Source: an uncultured Clostridia bacterium (lineage in GTDB: Bacteria; Bacillota; Clostridia; Christensenellales; CAG-314). From it: 64,000 bases of DNA. The stretch spans positions 76,682 through 140,681 of the forward strand of contig CAKQEP010000002.1 of the NCBI GenBank assembly GCA_934230325.1, given 5' to 3'. How positions within the stretch are numbered: position 1 is the first letter of the stretch; every line of letters starts with the position of its first letter. A program made the position numbers and the translations under genes. A model generated the notes under the pieces. The model did no database searches, was not told the DNA's origin, and worked only from the letters and a program-made list of their open reading frames with translations. Below are positions 35,372 to 46,788 of this stretch, piece after piece.

Positions 35372-36493
35372 TCACAGTAAATATTTTTTTACGTCGCTTT
35401 TGTTACCGTCAAAAACCGCCTTTTTTGCCGCAGTTTTAAACCCGTTTAACACCTCTTGCGAAGCAAACGCGCTTATCGTTTTGCTTTTTAACGCGGCGGC
35501 GTACATTTCTGCGACAAACCCGTCGGGAACTTTTGCGTTTTTTGTCGTCGGCAACATTCCGACGCTTGTCAATGCCGCTTGAGAAGCGTCGCTCAACAAA
35601 AATTCCGCAAAAGAAGTCGCAAGTTTTTCTCTCTCCGCGTCGGCGTTCTGCCCCACCGCAACGTACTGCGTAAGGTCGTTGAACCCGCCCAACGCATTAA
35701 AAATTATTTCTCCGATATTGCCGCTTTTTTGTCGGTTGTCCAAACGAAAATAGTCCCTTTGCGTGCCGAGAAGCACCGTCGCTTTGTCGCCGCGTAAAAA
35801 ACTCGTATACGCTTCGTACTGCGTCGTATCAAAATCACAGCAAACATCCCCGCTTTTTGCTTTTTGGTCGGCGTTTAGCGACAACGCCGCCAGCGGATTG
35901 TTAAACGCGCCGAATCCCGTCGCGACAGAAGCAAGTTTGCGAGTTGTTTTTCCTATTTTTTTGTCGAGAGCGCAGTTGTAAAGGTCGGACGGCAAACCTT
36001 TAAACCCGTTGACCTGCCGCGCGTCGGATTGTCTTATCGCAGTGACGTAACACCCCGTACAGTAGGGCAAAGCGTAAATTTTTCCGTCAACCTTGCCGCC
36101 GCAGAGCAAATCGTCGGGAATATCTCCCGCTTGCCGCAGGGGAACAAGCAAGTTTAATACGTCCAACCCCACGCCGCCGCCAAATCCGATAAGGTCAAAA
36201 CCTTGCCCCTCTTTCAATCGGTTTTTAAACTGTCGGTAATCAGTTTTGCACACGTCGATATAAACGCCTTTGTGCGATTTTTGAAATACGTATGCGCGTT
36301 TTTTTAACCATTCGCCTCTGTCGCCCGTACCGCCTTCAAAAGTTTCTACGTGCCACATCGTCAAAATTATTTGTTTGGATTGCTCGACGGTTTGCTCTTT
36401 TAGCGGCAGATTAGGCAACAAAAAAGCAAAAAAAGACAAAAAAACAGCCGCCAGCAACGCAAGCGATATTATCGTTTTGGGTTTGTCGTTCAT
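35372..36493 (-). CDS. membrane-anchored extracellular solute-binding-protein-like protein (no adjacent permease or ATPase)
   Basis: An N-terminal TM/signal anchor IISLALLAAVFLSFFAFLL, followed by an SBP_bac_1-like layout (LTMWHVETFEGG). Confidence 0.65.
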   Translation of the reverse strand: MNDKPKTIISLALLAAVFLSFFAFLLPNLPLKEQTVEQSKQIILTMWHVETFEGGTGDRGEWLKKRAYVFQKSHKGVYIDVCKTDYRQFKNRLKEGQGFDLIGFGGGVGLDVLNLLVPLRQAGDIPDDLLCGGKVDGKIYALPYCTGCYVTAIRQSDARQVNGFKGLPSDLYNCALDKKIGKTTRKLASVATGFGAFNNPLAALSLNADQKAKSGDVCCDFDTTQYEAYTSFLRGDKATVLLGTQRDYFRLDNRQKSGNIGEIIFNALGGFNDLTQYVAVGQNADAEREKLATSFAEFLLSDASQAALTSVGMLPTTKNAKVPDGFVAEMYAAALKSKTISAFASQEVLNGFKTAAKKAVFDGNKSDVKKYLL

Positions 36494-36530
36494 ACTGCAT
36501 TATATTTTTAAGGTTGGTTTTTTAATACGA

Positions 36531-36563
36531 AAAAAAAGGAAAAACCGCTTGTTTTTCCTTTTT
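36531..36563. terminator. bidirectional terminator after uvrC
   Basis: A7-GGAAAAAC-CGCTT-GTTTTTCC-T5. Confidence 0.7.
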
Positions 36564-36643
36564 AAAAAAGTATAAATCGTCGTTTTAAACATCAAGTACG
36601 CCCAAAAAATAGAATTAAAAAATCAAATCGGTTTTTTGTTCTC

Positions 36644-38479
36644 TCATTTTTGCGGCGCGTCTTGCGGTAAGTCTTTGTGAAAGTAATCGTATATCTTTTG
36701 CGCCGTATTTGTCGATATTCCGTCGGTGGCGGCAATCTGCTCTACCGTCGCGGTTTTTAGCGCGGAAAGACTTCCGAATTTTTTGATTAGCGCGGTTTGC
36801 CGCTTTTGCCCTACTCCTTCTATCTCGTCGAGTTGCGATTTAAAAGCGTTTTTGCCGTGTAGTTTGCGAAAATAAGTTATCGCAAATCGGTGCGCTTCGT
36901 CACGTGTGTTTATCAGTACTTTTAACGCATAACTGTTTAGCGGCAAGCGTATCGGCTCGTTGTTTTTTAAGGTGTACACAAGTTCTTCCCGCTTGGCAAG
37001 AGATACCGTTTCTATGCTTATTCCGCTCTCTTGCATCGCTTCTTTTACGTAACCGAGTTGTCCTAAACCGCCGTCGATAACAAATAGGTCGGGTTTTGCC
37101 CCAAATCGCTCGTCGCCTCGTTTAAGCCGCTCCAACCGCCGCAAAATAACTTCCTTCATGCACGCAAAGTCGTTTGCGCCTTCTACCGTGCGTATTTTAA
37201 ATCTTCGGTAATCTTTGGGGGATTTTTTGCCGTCGACGGTCACTACCATGCTCGCAACTTTATCTACGCCGCTGATGTTGCTTATGTCAAAACACTCTAT
37301 GCGTTTTGGCTCGGATTTTAGTCCCAACAACTCTTTGAGTTGTACGACTGCCCCCGTAGTTGCGGCGTACTCCCTCTCCTCTCTCGCAAAACTCTTTTTA
37401 AGGTACTCCGCCGAGTTTTGCGCGCTCATATCGGAAAGTTGCTTTTTTGTTCCTTTTTGAGGTACGCCGACCGTGATTTTTTTGCCGTATTTTTCCGTAA
37501 GCAACAATGCGAAATCTTGTTCGCCTTCTATGTGTCTGTCCAGCAAAACTTCCTTTGCGGCGTCGTTGCAATCGGAATAGTAAGCGTTTAAAAAGGCGGA
37601 CAGCGTTTGTTTTTCGTCTATGCCGGCGTCGGATACGCTCGTGTTGGACGAGGACAAAACTCTGCCCCCGCGCACGACGGTGACGTTGACTACGCTTTGC
37701 GTGCCGTCGCTTGCAATGCTGAAAACGTCGTAATCCACAAGTTTGCCCAACGTCACAACTCTCGTATCGTTTAAACTATCCACAAGTTTGAGTTGCTGTT
37801 TGTACCGCAAAGCGTCCTCGAAACGCTCTTCGTCGCTTGCTTTTTGCATTTTTTGCCTAATTATTTTTTGCGCGTCGCCCGTGTCGCCCTTCAAAAACCG
37901 ACAGCATCCGTCAATAAGTTTTTGGTACTCTTGCTTAGTAACTTTGCCTGCGCACGGCGCGCAACATTTGCCTATATGAAAATTAAGGCACGGGCGAAAG
38001 TTTTTGGGTAGGTTGTCCATATCGACGTTGCACGTGCGGGTGGGATACAATTCTTCCAGCAATGCGAGCAACTCTTTTATTCCGCCCATTATCGGACCGA
38101 AATATTTTGCTTTGTCCTTTAAAACCTTTCTCGTAACGACGAGTCGCGGGAAAGACTGCCGCATATCTATCTTGACAAAAGGATACTGTTTGTCGTCTTT
38201 AAGCAATATGTTGTACGGCGGGTTGTACTTTTTTATCAAAGTATTTTCCAGCGCGAAAGCGTCGGTTTCGCTCGACGTCAAAATATACTCCATATCCGCG
38301 ACGTATTTTAGCATTACCGACACTTTGTAAGGTTTTGCGCCTGTATCAAAAAAATACTGACGTACCCTGTTTTTTAGGTTTTTTGCTTTGCCGACGTAAA
38401 GTACCCTGCCGTTAACGTCGTAATAAATATATACGCCGCTTTGGGTGGGTAGTTGCCGCAATTTTTCCTGCAAGGTCAT
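36644..38479 (-). CDS. uvrC: excinuclease ABC subunit C
   Basis: GIY-YIG (GVYIYYDVNGRVLYVGKAKNLKNRVRQY), UVR, an Endo V-like domain and a C-terminal HhH2. I prefer ATG 38479 (MTLQEKLRQLP). The alternative is TTG 38512, which has a GGAAGG SD. Confidence 0.95.
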   Translation of the reverse strand: MTLQEKLRQLPTQSGVYIYYDVNGRVLYVGKAKNLKNRVRQYFFDTGAKPYKVSVMLKYVADMEYILTSSETDAFALENTLIKKYNPPYNILLKDDKQYPFVKIDMRQSFPRLVVTRKVLKDKAKYFGPIMGGIKELLALLEELYPTRTCNVDMDNLPKNFRPCLNFHIGKCCAPCAGKVTKQEYQKLIDGCCRFLKGDTGDAQKIIRQKMQKASDEERFEDALRYKQQLKLVDSLNDTRVVTLGKLVDYDVFSIASDGTQSVVNVTVVRGGRVLSSSNTSVSDAGIDEKQTLSAFLNAYYSDCNDAAKEVLLDRHIEGEQDFALLLTEKYGKKITVGVPQKGTKKQLSDMSAQNSAEYLKKSFAREEREYAATTGAVVQLKELLGLKSEPKRIECFDISNISGVDKVASMVVTVDGKKSPKDYRRFKIRTVEGANDFACMKEVILRRLERLKRGDERFGAKPDLFVIDGGLGQLGYVKEAMQESGISIETVSLAKREELVYTLKNNEPIRLPLNSYALKVLINTRDEAHRFAITYFRKLHGKNAFKSQLDEIEGVGQKRQTALIKKFGSLSALKTATVEQIAATDGISTNTAQKIYDYFHKDLPQDAPQK

Positions 38480-38483
38480 TTTT

Positions 38484-39968
38484 TTATTTACACAGCGTTT
38501 GTTTGACGGCAAAACGCCAGCCTTCCAAAAGTTTTTCTCTGCGCTCGGCGCTCATGTCCGGCGTGAAAATCTTTTCCGTTTCCTTATTGTCGCGTATATC
38601 GTCTATATCGCGCCAAAAACCCGTGTTTAGTCCCGCAAGGTATGCCGCCCCCAACGCGGTTGTTTCGATAACTTTGGGACGTATCACGTCCGTTTCCGAA
38701 ATATCCGCCTGAAACTGCATGAGAAATCCGTTTGCGGACGCGCCGCCGTCTACGTTAAGACTGTTTACTTCTATGCCGCAATCGGACTTCATCGATTGCA
38801 TAACGTCTTGAACCTGATACGCTATGGACTCCAAAGCCGCGCGAATAAAGTGTTCCCTTTTTGCGCCGCGAGTCAATCCCGTCACAAGCCCCGTGCAATC
38901 GCTTTGCCAGTAAGGCGCGCCCAACCCGACAAAAGCGGGTACGATATAAACTCCGTTTGTGTCTTTGACTTTTAGCGCGTATTCTTCCGTTTCCGCCGCC
39001 GTTTTGACAAGCCGCATTTCGTCGCGCAACCACTTTACAACCGCGCCGCCTACAAAAATGCTGCCCTCCAAAGCGTAACACGGTTTTTGTTTGTCCGTCG
39101 TCGCCGTCAACGTCGTGATAAGACCGTTTTTTGACGCAACGGGTTTTTCGCCCGTGTTCATAAGCATAAAACAACCCGTGCCGTACGTGCTTTTTACGTC
39201 GCCTTTGTTTACGCAAAGTTGACCGAAAAGCGACGCTTGTTGGTCGCCGCACACTCCGCAAATAGGAATGTCCGCCCCTACGACGGTTTTGTCGGCGTTG
39301 CCAAAAAAGTGGCTGCTCGGATAAACTTTTGGCAACATACTGCGCGGAATATCGAATATATCCAACAATTCGTCGTCCCAGTCTAATTTGTGAATGTTAA
39401 ACAACATCGTTCTTGCGGCGTTGGTGTAGTCGGTGGCAAATATTTTGCCGCGCGACAAATTCCACATCAAAAAAGTGTCCACAGTACCAAACAGCAAATC
39501 GCCTTTTTGCGCGCGCTCTCTCGCGGCGGGTACGTTGTCGAGAATCCACTTTAATTTTGACGCGGAAAAGTACGGGTCGAGAACAAGCCCCGTCTTTTGA
39601 TATATCGTGTGCGCCAAACCTTGCTTTTTGAGTTTTTCGCAGTATGCGGCGGTGCGGCGGCATTGCCATACTATGGCGTTGTAAACGGGCGCGCCAGTGT
39701 TTTTGTCCCAAACAAAGGTGGTTTCCCGCTGATTTGTTATGCCTATCGCTTCTATGTCGTCGGCAGATATGCCGGCGCGTATCAAAGCTTCGGGAACAAC
39801 GCCTATCTGACTGCCGAGAATATCTTTGGGGTCGTGTTCTACCCAACCGACGTGAGGGTAAATTTGGTCAAACTCCTGTTGAGCCATGCCTACGACGTCG
39901 CCCTGTCTGTTAAAAACTATCGCGCGACTGCTCGTCGTGCCTTGATCCAACGCAAGAATAAATTTCAT
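38484..39968 (-). CDS. glpK: glycerol kinase
   Basis: [19 protein letters not shown]...GITNQRETT...[15 protein letters not shown] precedes ATG 39968. Confidence 0.97.
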   Translation of the reverse strand: MKFILALDQGTTSSRAIVFNRQGDVVGMAQQEFDQIYPHVGWVEHDPKDILGSQIGVVPEALIRAGISADDIEAIGITNQRETTFVWDKNTGAPVYNAIVWQCRRTAAYCEKLKKQGLAHTIYQKTGLVLDPYFSASKLKWILDNVPAARERAQKGDLLFGTVDTFLMWNLSRGKIFATDYTNAARTMLFNIHKLDWDDELLDIFDIPRSMLPKVYPSSHFFGNADKTVVGADIPICGVCGDQQASLFGQLCVNKGDVKSTYGTGCFMLMNTGEKPVASKNGLITTLTATTDKQKPCYALEGSIFVGGAVVKWLRDEMRLVKTAAETEEYALKVKDTNGVYIVPAFVGLGAPYWQSDCTGLVTGLTRGAKREHFIRAALESIAYQVQDVMQSMKSDCGIEVNSLNVDGGASANGFLMQFQADISETDVIRPKVIETTALGAAYLAGLNTGFWRDIDDIRDNKETEKIFTPDMSAERREKLLEGWRFAVKQTLCK

Positions 39969-39972
39969 CGTT

Positions 39973-40335
39973 TTACCTCCATTTGCTTTGTTTTGCACGC
40001 TTTGTAGCGACAAAATCCGCGCCGTATACGTCGGATTTTATTACGTCGCCGATATTGACGGGCGCAAAAACGGATATCCCTTTGAGTGTCTTTAGCGCGT
40101 CGAAAATATGCTCTTTGGGTATCGCTTGCGACGTTTTGACCGACAACATGGCTATATCGCCGTTTTTTATCGGTACGACCGACGTAACCATTCGTTTTGG
40201 CGCGGTAACTTCGTCAACGGCGTACTTTTTGCCTCTCGGACAAGCGTTTCCGCTAACTTTTATATCATTTTTGTCGCTGTCGTCTACGGTAAGATTGCAT
40301 CCTATCGGACAGCATATACATATCAAATTTTTCAA
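39973..40335 (-). CDS. DUF1667 domain protein (small subunit-like partner of clostridial G3P dehydrogenase)
   Basis: [14 protein letters not shown]...[11 protein letters not shown]. An ATGA overlap with the upstream gene. Confidence 0.85.
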   Translation of the reverse strand: MKNLICICCPIGCNLTVDDSDKNDIKVSGNACPRGKKYAVDEVTAPKRMVTSVVPIKNGDIAMLSVKTSQAIPKEHIFDALKTLKGISVFAPVNIGDVIKSDVYGADFVATKRAKQSKWR

Positions 40336-41594
40336 TCAGCCGCCTCCAGTCCGACGGATATTTTGGTTGCTCCGCGCAAAAGTGCCGTTTGGTTTTGGTC
40401 AAGCGATATGGTTTCCATCTCGCCGGCAGTGACGACGGGACGCATTTTTGAGTAAATTTTTACGCCGTCGGCATACACGTTTAGTCGTACTTTTTTGTAT
40501 ACGTTATTAACTCTCAAGCGCAAAGTAACCGTTTTGTCGCCTTTTTTGTTTATCGTCTGCGGGACGGTGTAACGTACCCCGCCAAAAGTTTCTATTTTTG
40601 CGCCGTCGCACGTTTTTTGCGGTTTTGACGCTATATACTTTGCGGCGCATCTGCCTACCGCGCCGCCTTCCTCGCTGACGTAATCCACAAGGTCGTGCAC
40701 GTGCAAAACGTTTCCGCAAGCAAACACGCCGTCAACGTCGGTCATAAATTCGTCGTCTACCGTCGCTCCGCCGGTGACGGGGCTTATCGTGACGGAAGCG
40801 CCGCGCGCCAACTCGTTTTCCGGTAACAATCCAACCGACAGCAACAACGTGTCGCAGGTTATGCGTTGCGTGGTTTCTCGTATCGGTTGCAATTTGTCGT
40901 CTACTTGCGCTATGTCTACGCTTTCTACTCTGCCGTCTTTGCCGTTTATCGCTACGACGGTGTGGCTGAGCAACAACGGAATATCAAAATCGTTTAAACA
41001 CTGCTCTATGTTGCGTCTAAGTCCCGAAGAATAAGGCATCAACTCTACCACTGCTTTGACTTTTGCCCCCATAAAGGTCATTCTGCGGGCAGTAATTAAA
41101 CCGATGTCGCCGCTGCCTAATATGACAGCCTCTTTCCCTACCATATAACCGTCGATATTTATCAGTTTTTGCGCCGTTCCTGCGGAAAAAATCCCCGCAA
41201 CGCGCGCGCCCGCTATGTTTATCGCTCCGCGCGGACGTTCTCTGCAACCGCACGCAAGTATGACGGCGGCGGCTTTGAGTGTGACTACGCCGTCTTGCTC
41301 GCTGACGTAAGTCACGGTTTTGTCTTTAGATACGTCCAAAACGGTGGCGTTTAAACGGTAGGGTATGCCGAGTTCAAGCACTTTTTGAACGAATCTGTCG
41401 GCATATTCCGGTCCTGTCAACTCTTCGTTGAAGGTGTGCAGACCAAACCCGTTGTGTATGCACTGATTGAGTATTCCGCCAAGTCGCGGCTCGCGCTCTA
41501 ATATCAATATATCCTTTGCTCCGCTCTGATGTGCGGAAATTGCGGCGGCAAGACCTGCCGGACCGCCGCCCACTATCACGAGTTTTTGCGACAC
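40332..41594 (-). CDS. FAD/NAD(P)-dependent pyridine nucleotide-disulfide oxidoreductase (GlpB-like partner)
   Basis: LVIVGGGPAGLAAA and AVILGSGDIGL dinucleotide folds. I prefer GTG 41594 (SD GGAGGA 7 nt upstream) over the TTG at 41621. Confidence 0.85.
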   Translation of the reverse strand: MSQKLVIVGGGPAGLAAAISAHQSGAKDILILEREPRLGGILNQCIHNGFGLHTFNEELTGPEYADRFVQKVLELGIPYRLNATVLDVSKDKTVTYVSEQDGVVTLKAAAVILACGCRERPRGAINIAGARVAGIFSAGTAQKLINIDGYMVGKEAVILGSGDIGLITARRMTFMGAKVKAVVELMPYSSGLRRNIEQCLNDFDIPLLLSHTVVAINGKDGRVESVDIAQVDDKLQPIRETTQRITCDTLLLSVGLLPENELARGASVTISPVTGGATVDDEFMTDVDGVFACGNVLHVHDLVDYVSEEGGAVGRCAAKYIASKPQKTCDGAKIETFGGVRYTVPQTINKKGDKTVTLRLRVNNVYKKVRLNVYADGVKIYSKMRPVVTAGEMETISLDQNQTALLRGATKISVGLEAAD

Positions 41595-43021
41595 TAATCT
41601 ATCCTCCCCGTCAATACGCAACCGTCAAGGCTGTTTTTTGTGATTTTTTCCATAGGAATACCGAGTTCCTCACTTATTATCTCCAAAATTCTCGGACAAC
41701 AAAACCCGCTCTGACAACGCCCCATACCCGCGCGGGTGCGGCGTTTTACTCCGTCAAGGTCGCGCGCGCCCAACGGACGACGTATGCTGTCGCGTATTTC
41801 GCCTTCGCTGACTCTCTCGCAACGGCAAACTATCTTTGCATAACTTCCGTCTTTTTTGACCAACTCGGCGTATTGCTCGTTGCTCAAATTCGCTATGTGC
41901 GGCGTGTCTATACGGCGGTTTTTAAAATGAGATTTTTTGCTTAACGTCAGTTTTTCTGCAATACGTATAGCCGCAAACTCGCCCAAAGCCGGCGCGGAAG
42001 TCAATCCGGGACTCTCTATCCCGCCCAACGTAAACATTGCGTCGGTCGTCCAGTCAACGATAAAATCGTCCTTGTCGTCGTGCGCTCTGTTGCCCGCAAA
42101 CTGCGTGATTACGTCGCGTTTGCTCAACGACGGAACGGATATTTTTGCAGTTTCAAAAGCCTTTTGCAAACCGTCAAAAGTAGTGTCTACGTCGGATTTG
42201 TCGTCAATATCTTCCGCCGTCGGCCCGACCAAAAGGTTTCCGTGAACCGTCGGCGCAACCAAAACGCCTTTGCCTTTTTCTGTCGGCAACTGAAAAACGG
42301 TAGCAGTCACCGTTTTGCCCGCTTGCTTGTCCATAAGCATATATTGACCTCTGCGAGGCGTGATTTTAAACTTTTTGTCGCTCCCCGCCATGTCGTTTAG
42401 TTCGTCGGCGTACAATCCCGCGCAATTTACTACGACGTCGGCGTACAATTCCCGTCCGTCGGCGGATTTGACAAGATAACCATCGTCGCGCTTTTGCAAC
42501 GCTACCACTTTAAAACCAAACTCAAACTTTGCGCCGTTTGCAATGGCGTTTTCTCCGAGCGCAAGCGTCATTTCGTAAGGGCTTACTATGCCGCTGTCCG
42601 CCGCATACAACGCCCACTTAACTTTGTCGGACAATGCGGGTTCTTTGGCGCGCGCCTCGTCCCCCGTTAACACAAAAAGATTTTTAACGCCGTTTTTTGC
42701 GCCTTTTTCCGCTAAATCTTGTATGCTCTTTTTGCCGCTATCGTCAAAACATAAAACAAACGCTCCGTTGCGATAAAAAGGAAAATCCAACTCTTTGCTC
42801 AACTTGTCAAACATCGCGTTGCCCGCAACGTTAAACTTTGCCTTTTTTGAGCCGACTTCTGCGTCAAACCCCGCGTGAACTATCCCGCTGTTGGCTTTGC
42901 TCGTGCCTTCGCTTACGTCAAAACACTTTTCCGCAACAACGACTTCGCAATCGAAACGAGTCATCTCCCTCGCCACAGCGCAACCGACGACGCCGCCACC
43001 GACAATCACGATTTTTTTCAT
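41594..43021 (-). CDS. glpA: FAD-dependent glycerol-3-phosphate dehydrogenase/oxidase with a BFD-like [2Fe-2S] domain
   Basis: KIVIVGGGVVGCAVAREM and a DAO fold. The C-terminus has CRCERVSEGEI...GMGRCQSGFC. SD GGAGG precedes ATG 43021. Confidence 0.85.
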   Translation of the reverse strand: MKKIVIVGGGVVGCAVAREMTRFDCEVVVAEKCFDVSEGTSKANSGIVHAGFDAEVGSKKAKFNVAGNAMFDKLSKELDFPFYRNGAFVLCFDDSGKKSIQDLAEKGAKNGVKNLFVLTGDEARAKEPALSDKVKWALYAADSGIVSPYEMTLALGENAIANGAKFEFGFKVVALQKRDDGYLVKSADGRELYADVVVNCAGLYADELNDMAGSDKKFKITPRRGQYMLMDKQAGKTVTATVFQLPTEKGKGVLVAPTVHGNLLVGPTAEDIDDKSDVDTTFDGLQKAFETAKISVPSLSKRDVITQFAGNRAHDDKDDFIVDWTTDAMFTLGGIESPGLTSAPALGEFAAIRIAEKLTLSKKSHFKNRRIDTPHIANLSNEQYAELVKKDGSYAKIVCRCERVSEGEIRDSIRRPLGARDLDGVKRRTRAGMGRCQSGFCCPRILEIISEELGIPMEKITKNSLDGCVLTGRID

Positions 43022-43209
43022 GATACCTCCAAACACTGCTCCGTTTAATTTTTATCGTGTACTATTGCTATTTTACCACTATTTTGGCTCTTTGGCAAGT
43101 AAACGCAAAAATTGACAATACGTTTTTGCAAACAAAAAAAGACAAGCGCCGTCAACCTTGCCTTTTTTGCTTTGTCATTCTGTTTTTTAAATCTGAATCC
43201 GCGATAAAA

Positions 43210-43240
43210 GCAAGTCCCGCAGAAATCCTGCGGGACTTGC
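43210..43240 (-). terminator. intrinsic terminator of clpB
   Basis: A 13-bp stem GCAAGTCCCGCAG/CTGCGGGACTTGC with a 5-nt loop, and TTTTAT following on the reverse strand. Confidence 0.75.
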
Positions 43241-43402
43241 TTTAAAAAAGGAGGAAAATGAAAAAATGAATAAAACGAAAAATCAAGAACGAGGCGAAGA
43301 TGCGGGTTCGCACTCTGCTGACTTGCTTGTTTTATGCTTGCCGCCGGTTGCGATAGTTTAGGGCGGCGGCAAATAGATTTAGCGATTTTTTGTTTGTACG
43401 TT

Positions 43403-46000
43403 TTATGCTACGGTTTTGCTCGTAAGCGTAAGGTCGCCGTCTTTGACGTCCACCGTCACTACGCTGTCGGGCAAAATTTTGTTGCCTACGATGTCCTTTG
43501 CGAGCAAAGTTTCTATCGTGTGTTGAACGTATCTCTTTAACGGGCGCGCGCCGTATACGGGGTCAAAGCCGTTGTCTGCGACGTATTGTTTTGCTGCGTC
43601 GGTCATTTTGAGAGTGAGGCTTTGCTGTTCCAAACGTTTGTTGAGCGACGCTACTATCAAGTCTATTATATTGTAAATGTTGTCTTTTGTCAACGGTTTG
43701 AAAAATACGATTTCGTCAAGGCGGTTTAAAAACTCGGGGCGGAACTGCGATTTGAGTAATGCGCCGACCTGTTGTTTTGCCTCGTCGGAAATGTCCCCTT
43801 TATCGTTTATGCTGTCGAGAATCACGGTGCTGCCGAGATTTGACGTAAGAATGATTACGGTGTTTTTAAAGTCCACCGTGCGACCTTGACCGTCGGTAAT
43901 TCTGCCGTCGTCAAGCACTTGCAACAAAACGTTGAAAACGTCGGGGTGAGCTTTTTCTATTTCGTCAAAAAGAACGACGCTGTACGGTTTGCGGCGGACT
44001 GCTTCTGTGAGTTGACCGCCTTCGTCATAGCCGACGTATCCCGGAGGCGCGCCGATAAGTCTGGATACGGAAAACTTTTCCATATACTCGCTCATATCTA
44101 TACGTATGAGATTCTTTTCGTCGTCAAAAAGGGTTGCGGCAAGAGTTTTTGCAAGTTCCGTCTTGCCGACGCCGGTCGGACCTAAAAACATAAAACTGCC
44201 TATAGGCTTGTCGGGATCGCTTATCCCTGCGCGGCTACGAAGTATCGCTTCCGAAACTTTTGATACGGCTTCGTTTTGCCCGATAACGCGTTTGTGCAAA
44301 ATCTCGTCCATATGAAGAAGTTTTTCTCGCTCGCCTTCCATCAGTTTGCTCACGGGAATCCCCGTCCATCTGTTGATTATCTTGGCAATTTCTTCCTCCG
44401 TCACTCTGTCGTGCAAAAGATTGTCGTCTGCGCCGGATACGGATTTCTCTGCCGCTTCCAACTGCTTGAGTAGGTCGGGACGTTTGCCGTATTTGAGTTC
44501 CGCCGCCTTGTCAAGGTTGTACTCGCGCTCGGCTTTGTCTATTTCGGCGTTGACCGACTCTATCTGCTCCCTGAGTTTTTGTACTTTGGATATGTTTTGC
44601 TTTTCGTTGAGCCATTGAGTTTTCATCACGTTGTATTTGTCACGTAACTGCGCCAACTCCTTTTGCGTTTCTGCAAGATGCGCTATCGATAAGTTGTCGG
44701 TTTCTTTTTTGAGAGCCGCTTCCTCTATCTCCAACTGCATTATTTTTCTGCCGATGTCGTCCATCTCCGACGGCATGCTCTCCATTTCGGTTTTGATGAG
44801 CGCGCACGCCTCGTCTACAAGGTCGATGGCTTTGTCAGGCAAAAATCTGTCGCTGATGTACCTGTTGGATAACGTTGCAGCGGCTATAAGCGCGCTGTCG
44901 GTGATTTTTACGCCGTGAAATACTTCATAACGCTCTTTGATGCCACGCAAAATACTGATTGTGTCCTCAACGGTCGGTTCGTCCACGTGAACGGGCTGGA
45001 ATCTACGCTCAAGCGCAGGGTCTTTTTCTATGTACTCCCTGTACTCGTCCAACGTCGTCGCGCCTATGCAATGCAACTCGCCTCGCGCAAGCATCGGCTT
45101 GAGAATGTTGCCCGCGTCCATCGCGCCGTCGGTCTTGCCCGCGCCTACGATAAGATGAAGTTCGTCAATAAAAAGTATGATTTTGCCTTCGCTCTTTTTG
45201 ACTTCGGACAATACCGCCTTTAAACGCTCCTCAAACTCGCCGCGATACTTCGCCCCCGCTACGAGAGAACCCATATCCAAACTGAATATTACTCGGTCCT
45301 TAAGCCCCGCCGGTACGTCGCCTTTGCTTATCCTTTGCGCTAAACCTTCCGCTATCGCCGTCTTGCCAACTCCCGCCTCTCCGATAAGAACAGGATTGTT
45401 TTTGGTCTTTCTGCTCAATATCATTATGACGTTGCGAATTTCGTTTTCTCTGCCGATGACGGGATCGAGTTTTTGGTGGCGAGCAAGGTCTACAAGGTCC
45501 GTGCCGTACTTTTTGAGTACGTCGTACGTGCCTTCCGGATTGTCGTTGGTCACCCTTACGTTGCCCCTCACCGACGCAAGCGTCTTTAAAAACGATTCCT
45601 TAGTGACGCCGTAATCGGCAAATATCTTTTTGATTTGCGTGTTGGGAACGGTCAAAAGCCCCAAAAATAAATGCTCTACCGAAACGTACTCGTCTTGCAT
45701 CTGCTTTGCGATTTTTTCCGCCTCCGTCAACGCATTGTTGAGTTCGTTGCTGACGTACGCGCCGCCGTTGCCGCCGGACATACGCGGCATCTTGTCAACG
45801 GAATTCTTTACCCTTGCGATAAGAGTGTCGACGTTGACGTTCATTTGACGTAACAACTGCTTGATAAAACTTTCGTTGTCGGACAGTAACGCATACAAAA
45901 TATGCTCCTCGTCAAGCGTCGAGTTGCCGTTTTGCCGCGCAAGATTTTGCGCGTCGTTTATCGTTTGTATTGTTTTTTGTGTTAAATTTTGTGTATTCAT
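43403..46000 (-). CDS. clpB: ATP-dependent chaperone ClpB
   Basis: 865 aa with a Clp_N domain, two AAA+ modules (GEAGVGKT and GPTGVGKT) and a long coiled-coil middle domain. Confidence 0.97.
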   Translation of the reverse strand: MNTQNLTQKTIQTINDAQNLARQNGNSTLDEEHILYALLSDNESFIKQLLRQMNVNVDTLIARVKNSVDKMPRMSGGNGGAYVSNELNNALTEAEKIAKQMQDEYVSVEHLFLGLLTVPNTQIKKIFADYGVTKESFLKTLASVRGNVRVTNDNPEGTYDVLKKYGTDLVDLARHQKLDPVIGRENEIRNVIMILSRKTKNNPVLIGEAGVGKTAIAEGLAQRISKGDVPAGLKDRVIFSLDMGSLVAGAKYRGEFEERLKAVLSEVKKSEGKIILFIDELHLIVGAGKTDGAMDAGNILKPMLARGELHCIGATTLDEYREYIEKDPALERRFQPVHVDEPTVEDTISILRGIKERYEVFHGVKITDSALIAAATLSNRYISDRFLPDKAIDLVDEACALIKTEMESMPSEMDDIGRKIMQLEIEEAALKKETDNLSIAHLAETQKELAQLRDKYNVMKTQWLNEKQNISKVQKLREQIESVNAEIDKAEREYNLDKAAELKYGKRPDLLKQLEAAEKSVSGADDNLLHDRVTEEEIAKIINRWTGIPVSKLMEGEREKLLHMDEILHKRVIGQNEAVSKVSEAILRSRAGISDPDKPIGSFMFLGPTGVGKTELAKTLAATLFDDEKNLIRIDMSEYMEKFSVSRLIGAPPGYVGYDEGGQLTEAVRRKPYSVVLFDEIEKAHPDVFNVLLQVLDDGRITDGQGRTVDFKNTVIILTSNLGSTVILDSINDKGDISDEAKQQVGALLKSQFRPEFLNRLDEIVFFKPLTKDNIYNIIDLIVASLNKRLEQQSLTLKMTDAAKQYVADNGFDPVYGARPLKRYVQHTIETLLAKDIVGNKILPDSVVTVDVKDGDLTLTSKTVA

Positions 46001-46103
46001 ACCCTCACCTGCCTTTGTCTGTATTTTGTTTTTGTTTTGTTGTTTGTTGTCGATGTTTTTTTGTTTTTTTGTCGGTCTTTCGGCTAATCTAACGCCGCAA
46101 AAA

Positions 46104-46754
46104 TCAACTCAAAACGATTTTTTGCGATTTTAACGTGTTTACGTACAATGCTTCTAACTGCGGAAAAACGTTGTCGGCTTGGTCTAAATTTGCAAAATAT
46201 AAGTTTAGCAACCGATTGAATACGTTGACGTAATCCGCTATCGCTTCACCGACGGCGCGATTATCAAAACTTTCCGCATTTTTAAGACGAAGTTTGCGAA
46301 AATATTTTTCGCCTTCTATCTCGCACTCCACGTCGCCGACGTATTTCTGCTCCAAACTGAAAAACAGCCAGTAAAACTTGTTTACTTCCCGCAATACCTG
46401 CGCGTTTGTGCTGCGTAAAGATACTTTGAGTTCTCCAAGATGCTTTTTGTGGTTTTTGTACAACTCAACCGCAAACTTTACCGTCGGATTGTACCTGAAT
46501 GTAATCGCGCCGCACACCGTCGCAAATCCCGACGATTGCTGCGGCAAAAACCGCAACGACTGACTGCGCTCCACCAACGCCTGCATATGACTGAATATGT
46601 CGGAAGAACGTCTTTGCGGCGTTTCCAACTCGAGATACTCGGCAATGATTTCGTTAACCATATTGCTGCGGGACACGCCCTTTTTGTAAGCGACTCTGTC
46701 CAACTCTGCTATCAAATTGTCGTCCAGCACAAGGCTGTAAACCGTTTTAGCCAT
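46104..46754 (-). CDS. ribbon-helix-helix (CopG/Arc-like) N-domain protein with an uncharacterised ~170-aa C-domain
   Basis: KTVYSLVLDDNLIAELDRVAYKKGVSRSNMVNEIIAEYL follows a beta-alpha-alpha RHH pattern. SD AGAGG. Confidence 0.6.
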   Translation of the reverse strand: MAKTVYSLVLDDNLIAELDRVAYKKGVSRSNMVNEIIAEYLELETPQRRSSDIFSHMQALVERSQSLRFLPQQSSGFATVCGAITFRYNPTVKFAVELYKNHKKHLGELKVSLRSTNAQVLREVNKFYWLFFSLEQKYVGDVECEIEGEKYFRKLRLKNAESFDNRAVGEAIADYVNVFNRLLNLYFANLDQADNVFPQLEALYVNTLKSQKIVLS

Positions 46755-46788
46755 ATTTTTGCCTCTTTTGTTTCTTTTTTATAATGGT

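Noticed and set aside
43249-43352. Mini-ORFs after an AAGGAGG at 43249 (MKK-stop, then a 30-codon ORF) downstream of clpB
   Set aside because: They lie between the clpB terminator and the end of the clpB gene, on the opposite strand to all neighbours. No promoter or terminator pairing is evident, so they are probably fortuitous.
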